DNA of 55,665 nucleotides from positions 1 through 55,665 of the forward strand of contig JAVRCJ020000043.1 in assembly GCA_034530875.2 (NCBI GenBank), read 5' to 3'. The notes below the pieces were generated by a model that did no database searches, was not told the origin of the DNA, and saw only the letters and a list, made by a program, of their open reading frames with translations. Source of the DNA: Nostoc sp. DedSLP01 (lineage in GTDB: Bacteria > Cyanobacteriota > Cyanobacteriia > Cyanobacteriales > Nostocaceae). This document shows, in pieces, positions 21,280 through 29,555 of this stretch. The translations under genes were made by a program, and so were the position numbers. Each line of letters starts with the position of its first letter. Positions within the stretch are counted from its first letter, which is position 1.

Positions 21280-21309
21280 AAGAAGACGCGATTCATCGCG
21301 TCTCTACAA
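21280..21309. repeat. Small palindromic dispersed repeat, copy 3
   Basis: AAGAAGACGCGATTCATCGCGTCTCTACAA. Confidence 0.8.
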
Positions 21310-21458
21310 TTTGTTTTCAAATTGGTATCACCGTAGATCTTAAACTCCTTACTCTGTCTGCGCGACGCCACTTGCCTCAAGTCGGGGAACCCGCCCAACG
21401 CAGTGGCTCTTCTGCGTGAGTAATTGATGCACAGGTTATGCAAAAAAACTTAACACAC

Positions 21459-21513
21459 AGTTTTGCACACGTGTGCAAAACTAAATATATACAGTCTATG
21501 CACACCTGTGCAT
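21459..21513. promoter_or_regulatory. Tandem LacI-type operators upstream of miox
   Basis: Perfect 24-bp palindrome AGTTTTGCACACGTGTGCAAAACT (21459-21482) and ATGCACACCTGTGCAT (21498-21513). Confidence 0.8.
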
Positions 21514-21569
21514 TAATGAATTCCAAAGGTTTTATCCAAATGACAACTTAGTTGCAAAAGTAGGAAAAT

Positions 21570-22466
21570 ATGTCTCCAACTCTAAATCGTTCCCTCCCAG
21601 AAGCTGAAAACAATCCATTAAATTCACTAGAAGAATGGGAAGAAGATTTACTTAATCGCTATCCCGATCCCAACAGCATAGTTAAAGAAGGTAAAACTGT
21701 TGAAGGCTACAGGAATTACGAAACGCCTACCAGAGATACAGTCAAAGAATTCTACCGATTAAATCATATTAATCAAACTTATGATTTTGTTCTACAGAAA
21801 AAAGCAGAGTATTTAAAATTTGATAAAAAAGAAATGACCGTTTGGGATGCGGTGGAATTTTTGAATCAATTAGTTGACGATTCAGATCCCGATACAGACC
21901 TAGACCAATTACAGCATTTATTGCAGACATCAGAAGCAATTCGCGCTGATGGTCATCCCGATTGGATGGTGCTGACAGGTTTCTTTCATGATATGGGGAA
22001 AGTACTTTGTTTATTTGGTGAGCCACAATGGGCTACTGTTGGCGATACTTATCCTGTAGGTTGTGCATTTTCAGACAAAATTGTTTACTCAAAATTTTTC
22101 AAAGATAATCCCGATCGCAACAACCCGAAATATAACACTAAATATGGTGTATACGAGCCGAATTGTGGATTGAGCAACGTACATATCTCATGGGGACATG
22201 ATGAGTATTTCTATAGCATGATGAAACCATATTTACCCGAAGCAGCATTGTACATTCTTCGCTATCACTCTTTTTATCCCCAACATCGCGAAAATGCCTA
22301 CATTCATTTAATGGATAAACACGATGAAGAAATGTTTAAATGGGTGAAATTATTCAATCCCTACGATTTGTATTCTAAAAATCCTAATCCTCCTGATTGG
22401 CAAAAACTCAAGCCTTACTACGAGGATTTAGTAGCTAAATATTTACCGCCGACATTAAAGTTCTAA
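21570..22466 (+). CDS. miox: myo-Inositol oxygenase (di-iron HD-domain enzyme)
   Basis: MIOX motifs DDSDPD, HLLQTSEAIR, HDMGK, QWATVGDTYPVGC, SWGHDEY, RYHSFYPQH, FNPYDLYSK. Confidence 0.95.
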   Translation: MSPTLNRSLPEAENNPLNSLEEWEEDLLNRYPDPNSIVKEGKTVEGYRNYETPTRDTVKEFYRLNHINQTYDFVLQKKAEYLKFDKKEMTVWDAVEFLNQLVDDSDPDTDLDQLQHLLQTSEAIRADGHPDWMVLTGFFHDMGKVLCLFGEPQWATVGDTYPVGCAFSDKIVYSKFFKDNPDRNNPKYNTKYGVYEPNCGLSNVHISWGHDEYFYSMMKPYLPEAALYILRYHSFYPQHRENAYIHLMDKHDEEMFKWVKLFNPYDLYSKNPNPPDWQKLKPYYEDLVAKYLPPTLKF

Positions 22467-23143
22467 ATGTCTAGCGTTGCAATACCAAATATTTTGGTTC
22501 CTGATTTAAGTTATTGAGATTGCAAAGGTTTGTGCTTGTTATTATCTGCAAAAAATCTTTGCAAAACCTCAGCCAAGAGGAAGAGTTTTGTGACTCCAGT
22601 AGTATAAATTAAAAATTTTTCTGTTTCCTCTCAAGCGACCATCGCCCCTAGCTTTGGCAAGCCATCGCTGTTTTTGGCGATCGCACTTGTATTCGCATCT
22701 GACATGATATTACATGGAATCAAAATGAAAAACACTTCTTAAGTTTGTAAACTTCGATAAACAAAATTAATTTTGGGAAAAAATCCAAGATAGAATGGAA
22801 AACCAAATAAGATAAAAGTTTGAATTTTGATAACCTAAAATTATTGTAATTTTAGCAAACCAATTTTTTCAAACTAGCAATTTTCAAACTTAATTTTCCC
22901 AAAAGCCAGACTTTAGAATTATTGCAATTTTCGGTATTTTGCTGATTAACGCAAAAGCTTAATTTGTTGTCACTAATAACACAAAACTCAAATCGCATCA
23001 ATTGCCAGAGGTTTGAGCGAGTTTAACTTGCCAAAGCTATCAGTAAAACTCAATGCTGAAGTTGTCAAAATTCTAAAATATTGCGGATTTATATTCTGCT
23101 AATTTTAACCAGATACAAAAGCATTGTTGGATTCTAGATAAAT

Positions 23144-24133
23144 ATGAAAAAAGTTAGTTTATTAGCTAGCATATTAAGTCTTGTTGGGACTGCGGTTGTG
23201 GGTTGTAATAGCGCTCCAAATGATACCGCTGCCAATAATAGCCCTAATACTGCTGTGAACGCGAGTTTAGAGAATAAAGGTTTGCAGACAATTGGTATTA
23301 GCTTGGGCGATTTAGGTAATCCCTTTTATCTAGCAGTGCAGAGGGGAGCCGAACAACAAGCAAAAAAACTTAGTAATGATATCAGAGTCAATACAGTTTC
23401 TAGTGCTTTCGACCTCAACCAACAAACTAACCAAATCGAAAATTTCACAGCGGCGAATACTGATTTAATTATTCTGAGTGCGGTTGACAAAAAAGGAGTG
23501 AAACCAGCAATCGACCAAGCAAGAAGCGCAGGTAGGGTGGTGATTGCGGTAGATTCAGCCGTTGATGCAGATGTGGATGCGATGATTAGCTCCAACAATA
23601 CCCAGGCTGGAGAGATTGCTTGCAAGTATATTGGCGATCGCCTCAACGGTAAAGGCAATGTAGTTATTCTCAACGGTACGCCAATGGACTCCATCAATCA
23701 GCGAGTCAGCGGTTGTAAGACTTCCTTAGCCAAATATCCAGATATCAAAATCGTCTCAGACCAGAACGCCGAAGGGACAAGAGATGGCGGACTGAGAGTC
23801 ATGACTGACGTGCTAACAACCTTCCCCAAAATCGACGCCGTATTTGCCACCAACGACCAAAGCGGTATCGGTGCAGACTTAGCAGCCAGACAAGCAAGAC
23901 GTAAAGAATTTTTTATTGTTGGGGTTGATGGTTCCCCAGATGCAACCAAAGCAATGGAAGACAAAGACGGCTTATTTGTTGCAACTGCCGCCCAAGACCC
24001 CGCAGGCATGGCTCAAAAAGCTGTTGAAGTCGGCAACGAAGTCATCCAAGGCAAAAAACTGAGTAACCCAGAGATTCTGGTTCCAGTCAAATTGGTTACC
24101 CGCGAGAGCCTTGCTAGTTACAAAGGGTGGTAG
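23144..24133 (+). CDS. Sugar ABC transporter substrate-binding lipoprotein 1 (RbsB-like)
   Basis: Lipobox VVGC, NPFY, VIAVD, NNTQAG, VFATND, VGVDG, AAQDP. Confidence 0.9.
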   Translation: MKKVSLLASILSLVGTAVVGCNSAPNDTAANNSPNTAVNASLENKGLQTIGISLGDLGNPFYLAVQRGAEQQAKKLSNDIRVNTVSSAFDLNQQTNQIENFTAANTDLIILSAVDKKGVKPAIDQARSAGRVVIAVDSAVDADVDAMISSNNTQAGEIACKYIGDRLNGKGNVVILNGTPMDSINQRVSGCKTSLAKYPDIKIVSDQNAEGTRDGGLRVMTDVLTTFPKIDAVFATNDQSGIGADLAARQARRKEFFIVGVDGSPDATKAMEDKDGLFVATAAQDPAGMAQKAVEVGNEVIQGKKLSNPEILVPVKLVTRESLASYKGW

Positions 24134-24135
24134 TG

Positions 24136-24265
24136 GGGGCAGGGGACAGGGGGAGATGGGGAAGTGTGGAAAGAGAGGGGGGAAAGATTTCTTCACCATC
24201 CTCCCACAGTTCCCATACCTCCCACACCTCCCACACCTCCCACACTTCCTGCTTGCCCAATGCCC
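24136..24265. repeat. G-rich/C-rich STRR-like intergenic hairpin element
   Basis: GGGGAGATGGGGAAGTGTGG...(CTCCCACAC)n, homologous to 25345-25565. Confidence 0.7.
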
Positions 24266-24302
24266 TGTTTGGCCAATTCAGATTTTTTTAAAGAGGAGAG
24301 AT

Positions 24303-25340
24303 ATGAATTTAAGAAAAATTGCGATCGCAGCTAGTTTAATCAGTCTGGTTGGTGGTGGCGTAATTGGTTGCTCGAATGGTGCGGAAAATGGCAATACTGC
24401 TACTAATCCCGATGCCAACGCACCTGGTAACACTGCTACTAATACTAGCGCCCAGAGTAGCGCAGGTACTGGGAATGGAAAATTGCGATCGGTAGGTTTT
24501 ACCGCCGGCGATTTAAGTAACCCCTTCTTCGTACTGATGGGACAGGAAATTGAAGCCACAGCCAAAAAAATCGGCGGCAATAATGTCAAAACAACTGTAG
24601 TTTCCAGCGCTTACGACCTCAACCAACAAGCCAACCAACTGGAAAACTTTACGGCGGCGAATACTGACGTCATTATTCTTAATGCTGCCGATAAAAGTGG
24701 GATTAAGCCAGCAGTAGAAAAAGCCAAACAAGCCGGCAGAATTGTGATCGCAGTAGATACGGGTGCTGAGGGCGGTGTAGATGCAACGGTTACGACCAAT
24801 AACGTGCAAGCTGGAGAAGTTGCTTGTAAATATATTGCCGATCGCCTCCAAGGTAAAGGTAATGTAGTAATCGTCAACGGGCCTCAAGTAGACTCGGTGA
24901 TTCAGCGAGTTAGTGGTTGCCAAAATGTATTGGCCAAATATCCCGATATCAAAATTCTCTCCAAAGACCAGAATGCAGAAGGTAGCAGAGATGGCGGACT
25001 GAGAGTCATGACAGATTTGCTAACAACCTTCCCTAAGATAGATGCTGTTTTTGCAATTAATGACCCCAGTGGAGTGGGAGCAGAACTAGCAGCTATCCAA
25101 GCACAACGCAAAGATTTCTTTATTGTTGGCGTTGATGGTGCGCCAGAAGCGATTAAGGCGATCGCTAACAAAGATAGTATATATGCAGCAACAGCGACTC
25201 AAAATCCCCGCGGCATGGCAGCCAAAGCAGTCGAAGTTGGCAACGACATTTTGAACGGTAAAAAACCCGCTAACCCCACAATTTTGATTCCAGTCAAGCT
25301 GATTACCAAAGATAACGTCAGCACAGAAAAAGGTTGGTAA
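24303..25340 (+). CDS. Sugar ABC transporter substrate-binding lipoprotein 2 (paralogue of 1)
   Basis: True start ATG 24303 after a GAGGAG RBS (the ORF-track extension to 24111 is repeat translation). Lipobox VIGC. Highly similar to binding protein 1. Confidence 0.9.
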   Translation: MNLRKIAIAASLISLVGGGVIGCSNGAENGNTATNPDANAPGNTATNTSAQSSAGTGNGKLRSVGFTAGDLSNPFFVLMGQEIEATAKKIGGNNVKTTVVSSAYDLNQQANQLENFTAANTDVIILNAADKSGIKPAVEKAKQAGRIVIAVDTGAEGGVDATVTTNNVQAGEVACKYIADRLQGKGNVVIVNGPQVDSVIQRVSGCQNVLAKYPDIKILSKDQNAEGSRDGGLRVMTDLLTTFPKIDAVFAINDPSGVGAELAAIQAQRKDFFIVGVDGAPEAIKAIANKDSIYAATATQNPRGMAAKAVEVGNDILNGKKPANPTILIPVKLITKDNVSTEKGW

Positions 25341-25344
25341 ATGG

Positions 25345-25565
25345 TGACTGGCGATCGGGGACTGGGGATTGGGGGAGATGAAGAGTGTGGGGAGAGTGGG
25401 GAGATGAGGAGATGGGGAAGTGTGTGGAGTCTGGGGAGAGAAGGGGAAAGATTTCTTCCCGATCCTCCCACACCTCCCACACTTCTCAATGCCCCATAGC
25501 CAATCCCCAGTCCTCAGTCCCCAGTCCCCAGTCCCCAATCCCCAGTCCCCAGTCCCCAGTCCCCA
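25345..25565. repeat. STRR-rich intergenic element including (CCCCAGT/CCCCAAT)n
   Basis: Heptamer tandem arrays in inverted arrangement. Confidence 0.8.
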
Positions 25566-25584
25566 TTATTTTTAGGAGTTACTC

Positions 25585-27138
25585 GTGACCACAAGTATTG
25601 AAACCTCCTTTCCTGAAGCGCCAACTGCCGCCCCTGTACTGGAAATGCAAGGGATTGGCAAACGATTTCATGGCGTACCTGCTTTGCAAAATGTGAACCT
25701 GACCATTTATCCGGGAGAAGTTCACGCACTCATGGGGGAAAACGGAGCAGGTAAAAGCACATTGATGAAAATCCTCGCCGGGGCTTACATTGCCGATGAA
25801 GGCGAGATTCGCATCAATGGTACTCCCGTGAAAATTAGCGATCCGGCTTCAGCACGCCAAGCAGGGATTAATCTGATTTATCAAGAACTGAACGTTGCAC
25901 CCAACTTAACCGTTACCGAAAATATTTTCATGGGTAGCGAGTTACAGCGGGGTCAGTTATTAGACCGCAAAGCTATGGAGGACGAGGCACAGCTAGTACT
26001 TCAAAGCTTGGGAGCAAGTTTTACACCCAATACCATAGTTGGTACTTTATCCATTGCCGAACAGCAACAGGTAGAAATTGCCAGGGCCCTGAAAGACAAC
26101 AGTCGGGTTTTGGTGATGGATGAGCCGACAGCAGCCTTATCTGACCGCGAGACTGAGCGTTTGTTTCAAGTTATTCGCAGACTGCGAGATGATGGCATTG
26201 CCATTATCTACATCAGTCACCGCATGGAAGAAATATATGCATTGGCTGACCGGATTAGCGTGCTACGCGACGGTCAATATATCGGCAGTCTTACAAGGGA
26301 GGAGATTTCTGCCCAGCGATTAGTGCAGATGATGGTCGGTCGTTCGATGCAAGACTTTTACGAACATCAACGCCAAACCAATCCCGGCCCGGTGGTGTTG
26401 GAAGTTAGAAATATCAGCGACGGACGCAAGATTGAACCGGCTAGTTTTCAAATTCGGGCTGGTGAGGTACTCGGTTTAGCAGGACTGGTGGGTGCTGGAC
26501 GCACAGAAGTATGTCGGCTGATTTTTGGTGCCGATCGCAAAGCCAGTGGCGAAGTATTCTTGAATGGCGTGAAACTCAATATTAATAGCCCCAGCGATGC
26601 CATTGCTGCTGGTATCGGCTATGTCCCAGAAGACCGCAAAGACCAAGGTTTATTTTTGGAAATGAGTTCCCGCAAGAATATTGCCCTGAACACGCTCAAA
26701 CAGGATGCTAAGGCAGGGGTTGTCAACTGGGGTTCAGTCAATCAGTTGGCGACGGAAGCGGTGCAAAACTTCAATATCCGACTGGCTAATTTGGAAATTA
26801 GAGCCGTGGATCTTTCTGGTGGGAACCAGCAAAAACTACTATTGGCGCGTTGGCTAGCAATTAAACCCAGAGTCTTAATGCTGGATGAGCCGACACGCGG
26901 CGTAGATATCGGCGCTAAGAGCGAGATTTACCGGATTATTAGCGAATTAGCAGCCCAAGGCGTCGCTATTTTAATGGTTTCCAGCGAATTACCGGAAGTG
27001 GTCGGAATGAGCGATCGCGTTTTGGTAATGCGAGAAGGACGGCTAGTGGGCGAACTTGACGACAGTCCCGGTAAAGAAATTACCCAAGAAAAGATTATGC
27101 ATTATGGAACAGGAGCATCGGGAGTAGCAGAATCATGA
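25585..27138 (+). CDS. Sugar ABC transporter ATP-binding protein (RbsA-like, two NBDs)
   Basis: [51 protein letters not shown]. Confidence 0.95.
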   Translation: MTTSIETSFPEAPTAAPVLEMQGIGKRFHGVPALQNVNLTIYPGEVHALMGENGAGKSTLMKILAGAYIADEGEIRINGTPVKISDPASARQAGINLIYQELNVAPNLTVTENIFMGSELQRGQLLDRKAMEDEAQLVLQSLGASFTPNTIVGTLSIAEQQQVEIARALKDNSRVLVMDEPTAALSDRETERLFQVIRRLRDDGIAIIYISHRMEEIYALADRISVLRDGQYIGSLTREEISAQRLVQMMVGRSMQDFYEHQRQTNPGPVVLEVRNISDGRKIEPASFQIRAGEVLGLAGLVGAGRTEVCRLIFGADRKASGEVFLNGVKLNINSPSDAIAAGIGYVPEDRKDQGLFLEMSSRKNIALNTLKQDAKAGVVNWGSVNQLATEAVQNFNIRLANLEIRAVDLSGGNQQKLLLARWLAIKPRVLMLDEPTRGVDIGAKSEIYRIISELAAQGVAILMVSSELPEVVGMSDRVLVMREGRLVGELDDSPGKEITQEKIMHYGTGASGVAES

Positions 27139-28136
27139 GTCAAACAGTCAGACCTACCAATAGAAATAAAGTTACCAACAATCCAAACGCGCGATCGCCC
27201 AGATCCCTCGCCAGCTTTCTGGAAGTTGCAGGTATTTTACCAATCCTCGTACTTATCTGTATCTTATTTACCTTCCTTTCATCCAACTTCCTCACACCTG
27301 GTAACCTCGTCAATATCTTACGGCAGGCATCTATTAACATTGTCCTAGCCACAGGCATGACCTTCGTGATTCTCACCGGAGGTATTGATTTGTCTGTAGG
27401 GTCAATATTGGCTGTTTCTGCTGTAGTTGCCTTGATAGTATCGCTGCTTCCGGCTATAGGTTGGGCGGCTTTGCCTGCCGGCTTATTAGCAGGATTGCTT
27501 TTAGGCTTAGTCAACGGCGCTTTGATTACCTTTTTGGATGTGCCGCCTTTTATTGTCACATTGGGTTCGCTGACTGCTTTGCGCGGTACTGCTTATTTGA
27601 TTGCCAAGGGAACAACAGTTATTAACCGCGACATCAATTTTGCTTGGATTGGTAATAGCTATATCGGTCCTTTTCCCTGGTTGGTAATTATTGCCTTACT
27701 GGCTGTAGCGGTTAGCTGGTTTGTACTGCGGCAGACTGTTTTAGGAGTGCAAATCTACGCTGTAGGAGGTAACGAACGGGCAGCAAGATTAACTGGAATT
27801 AAAGTTAATCGCGTGCTGCTATTTGTTTATGGCGTGAGTGGATTGCTAGCAGGGTTGGCAGGAGTTATGAGTGCCAGCCGTCTTTATAGTGCTAGCGGTT
27901 TATTGGGTCAAGGTTACGAACTAGATGCGATCGCTGCTGTAATTTTAGGTGGCACTAGTTTTACAGGTGGGATTGGCACAATTGGCGGTACTCTTCTCGG
28001 TGCGTTAATCATTGCTGTTCTCAACAATGGTCTAACTCTGTTAAACATGTCCTTCTTCTGGCAACTAGTTGTGAAGGGACTAGTAATTATCTTTGCCGTA
28101 ATGATTGACCGTCTCCGCAGACGTTCCAGACGCTAA
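27135..28136 (+). CDS. Sugar ABC transporter permease (RbsC-like)
   Basis: [55 protein letters not shown]. Confidence 0.95.
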   Translation: MSQTVRPTNRNKVTNNPNARSPRSLASFLEVAGILPILVLICILFTFLSSNFLTPGNLVNILRQASINIVLATGMTFVILTGGIDLSVGSILAVSAVVALIVSLLPAIGWAALPAGLLAGLLLGLVNGALITFLDVPPFIVTLGSLTALRGTAYLIAKGTTVINRDINFAWIGNSYIGPFPWLVIIALLAVAVSWFVLRQTVLGVQIYAVGGNERAARLTGIKVNRVLLFVYGVSGLLAGLAGVMSASRLYSASGLLGQGYELDAIAAVILGGTSFTGGIGTIGGTLLGALIIAVLNNGLTLLNMSFFWQLVVKGLVIIFAVMIDRLRRRSRR

Positions 28137-28359
28137 AAAGATAAAAGTTAAAAGTAAGAATTCACGAGTCAGAATAGTAATTTAGATATCTAAACATTAT
28201 TAATTATCAATTTTTGATTCTGAATTCTTACCTAATTAATTAAAATTTACTTAATTAATCGCTAATAAAATACTATAAACCTCTGCGTACCTCTGCGCTT
28301 GACTCTGCGCACCTTTGCGTTTAAAGATTATTTTCACTTTCAAAACTCAAAAAATTAAT

Positions 28360-29403
28360 ATGAAAATTATCAACACTGCTCTTTGCGGTTATGGATCCTC
28401 AGGAAAGATATTTCACGCACCATTTATAAATCTGCATTCTGGATTTAAATTAATAGGTGCTTGGGAAAGAAGTAAAAAGGTGATACAGGAAGATTATCCC
28501 GATACCAAAAGCTATCCTTCATTAGAAGCTTTGCTAGCAGATGAGCAAGTTGAATTAGTAGTAGTAAATACGCCAACTTATACTCATTACGAATATGCAA
28601 AACAGGCTTTACTTGCAAATAAACATCTAATAGTAGAAAAAGCATTTACTACAACAGTAGAAGAAGCCAAAGAACTTAAAGAATTAGCCGAAACCAAGCA
28701 AAAAAAATTATCTGTATATCAAAATCGTAGGTGGGACAGCGATTTTCAAACAGTAAAAAAAATTGTTCAATTAGACTTATTAGGAAATATTATTGAAGCA
28801 GAATTTCATTTTGAACGATACAAACCAACGCTCAGCCTTAAACAACATGTAGAAGTTCCCGGCCCTGGTGCAGGACTGATTAAAGATTTAGGGCCGCACT
28901 TAATAGACCAAGCTTTGCATTTATTTGGGATGCCTAATGCTGTTTTTGCAGACATGCGAATCACGAGAGCAGCGTCACAGATAGATGATTATTTTGAGTT
29001 GATACTTTACTACGAAAAATTGCGTGTCAAGTTGAAAGCTAGTTTTCTAGTGCGCGAACCTGCGCCGTCGTACATCATACATGGAACAAAAGGTTCTTTT
29101 CTCAAAAGCAGGGCTGATGGACAAGAAGACAAATTAAAAGCTGGTATGAAGCCTAACACTGATGACTGGTACACAGAACCGGAAAGTGAATATGGCTTGT
29201 TACACACAGAAAAAGACGGGAAAGTAATTCGAGAAAAAGTCAAAAGCTCGCAGGGTAGTTATTTAGGCTACTACGATGCAATCTATAAAGCAATTGCCGA
29301 CCGCCAGCCAATTCCCGTAACTGCCGAAGACGGAATTAATGTAATGCAAATTATAGAGGCAGCTATTAAAAGCAGCAACGAGCAAAGAGTAATAGCAGTT
29401 TGA
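28360..29403 (+). CDS. Gfo/Idh/MocA oxidoreductase, YdgJ/IolW (scyllo-inositol dehydrogenase)-like
   Basis: GYGSSG.IFHAP, VNTP..TH, VEKAF, YQNRRWDSDF, G.I.DLGPHLIDQ. ATG 28360 preferred over TTG 28315. Confidence 0.85.
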   Translation: MKIINTALCGYGSSGKIFHAPFINLHSGFKLIGAWERSKKVIQEDYPDTKSYPSLEALLADEQVELVVVNTPTYTHYEYAKQALLANKHLIVEKAFTTTVEEAKELKELAETKQKKLSVYQNRRWDSDFQTVKKIVQLDLLGNIIEAEFHFERYKPTLSLKQHVEVPGPGAGLIKDLGPHLIDQALHLFGMPNAVFADMRITRAASQIDDYFELILYYEKLRVKLKASFLVREPAPSYIIHGTKGSFLKSRADGQEDKLKAGMKPNTDDWYTEPESEYGLLHTEKDGKVIREKVKSSQGSYLGYYDAIYKAIADRQPIPVTAEDGINVMQIIEAAIKSSNEQRVIAV

Positions 29404-29416
29404 AGAAAAATTCACC

Positions 29417-29464
29417 AATTCAGAATGGGCTACGCCCCGCTACGCTAACAGGAGTCAGAATTCA
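29417..29464. repeat. SDR-type small dispersed repeat (GGGCTACGCCCCGCTACGCTAAC core)
   Basis: 48 bp identical (inverted) to 46144-46191. Variant core at 39107-39129. Confidence 0.8.
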
Positions 29465-29555
29465 CAAATTTATCTGTACGTTAATTGATGGTTTTGGCTT
29501 TTAACTCCTGAATTATGGCTCCTGGCCACAGATTTTCTATACCATATTACAGCCA

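Noticed and set aside
22515..22572. TGCAAAGGTTTG as another LacI operator
   Set aside because: The match is poor and lacks the central CG. It is better explained as one arm of an imperfect hairpin downstream of miox.
24111..24302. N-terminal extension of binding protein 2 in the ORF track
   Set aside because: It is translated intergenic repeat (PHLPHLPH). The RBS and lipoprotein signal point to ATG 24303.
25086..25729. Several short ORFs (GTGDWGL / SPQSPVP type)
   Set aside because: They are translations of STRR heptamer arrays or antisense shadows of the ABC genes.
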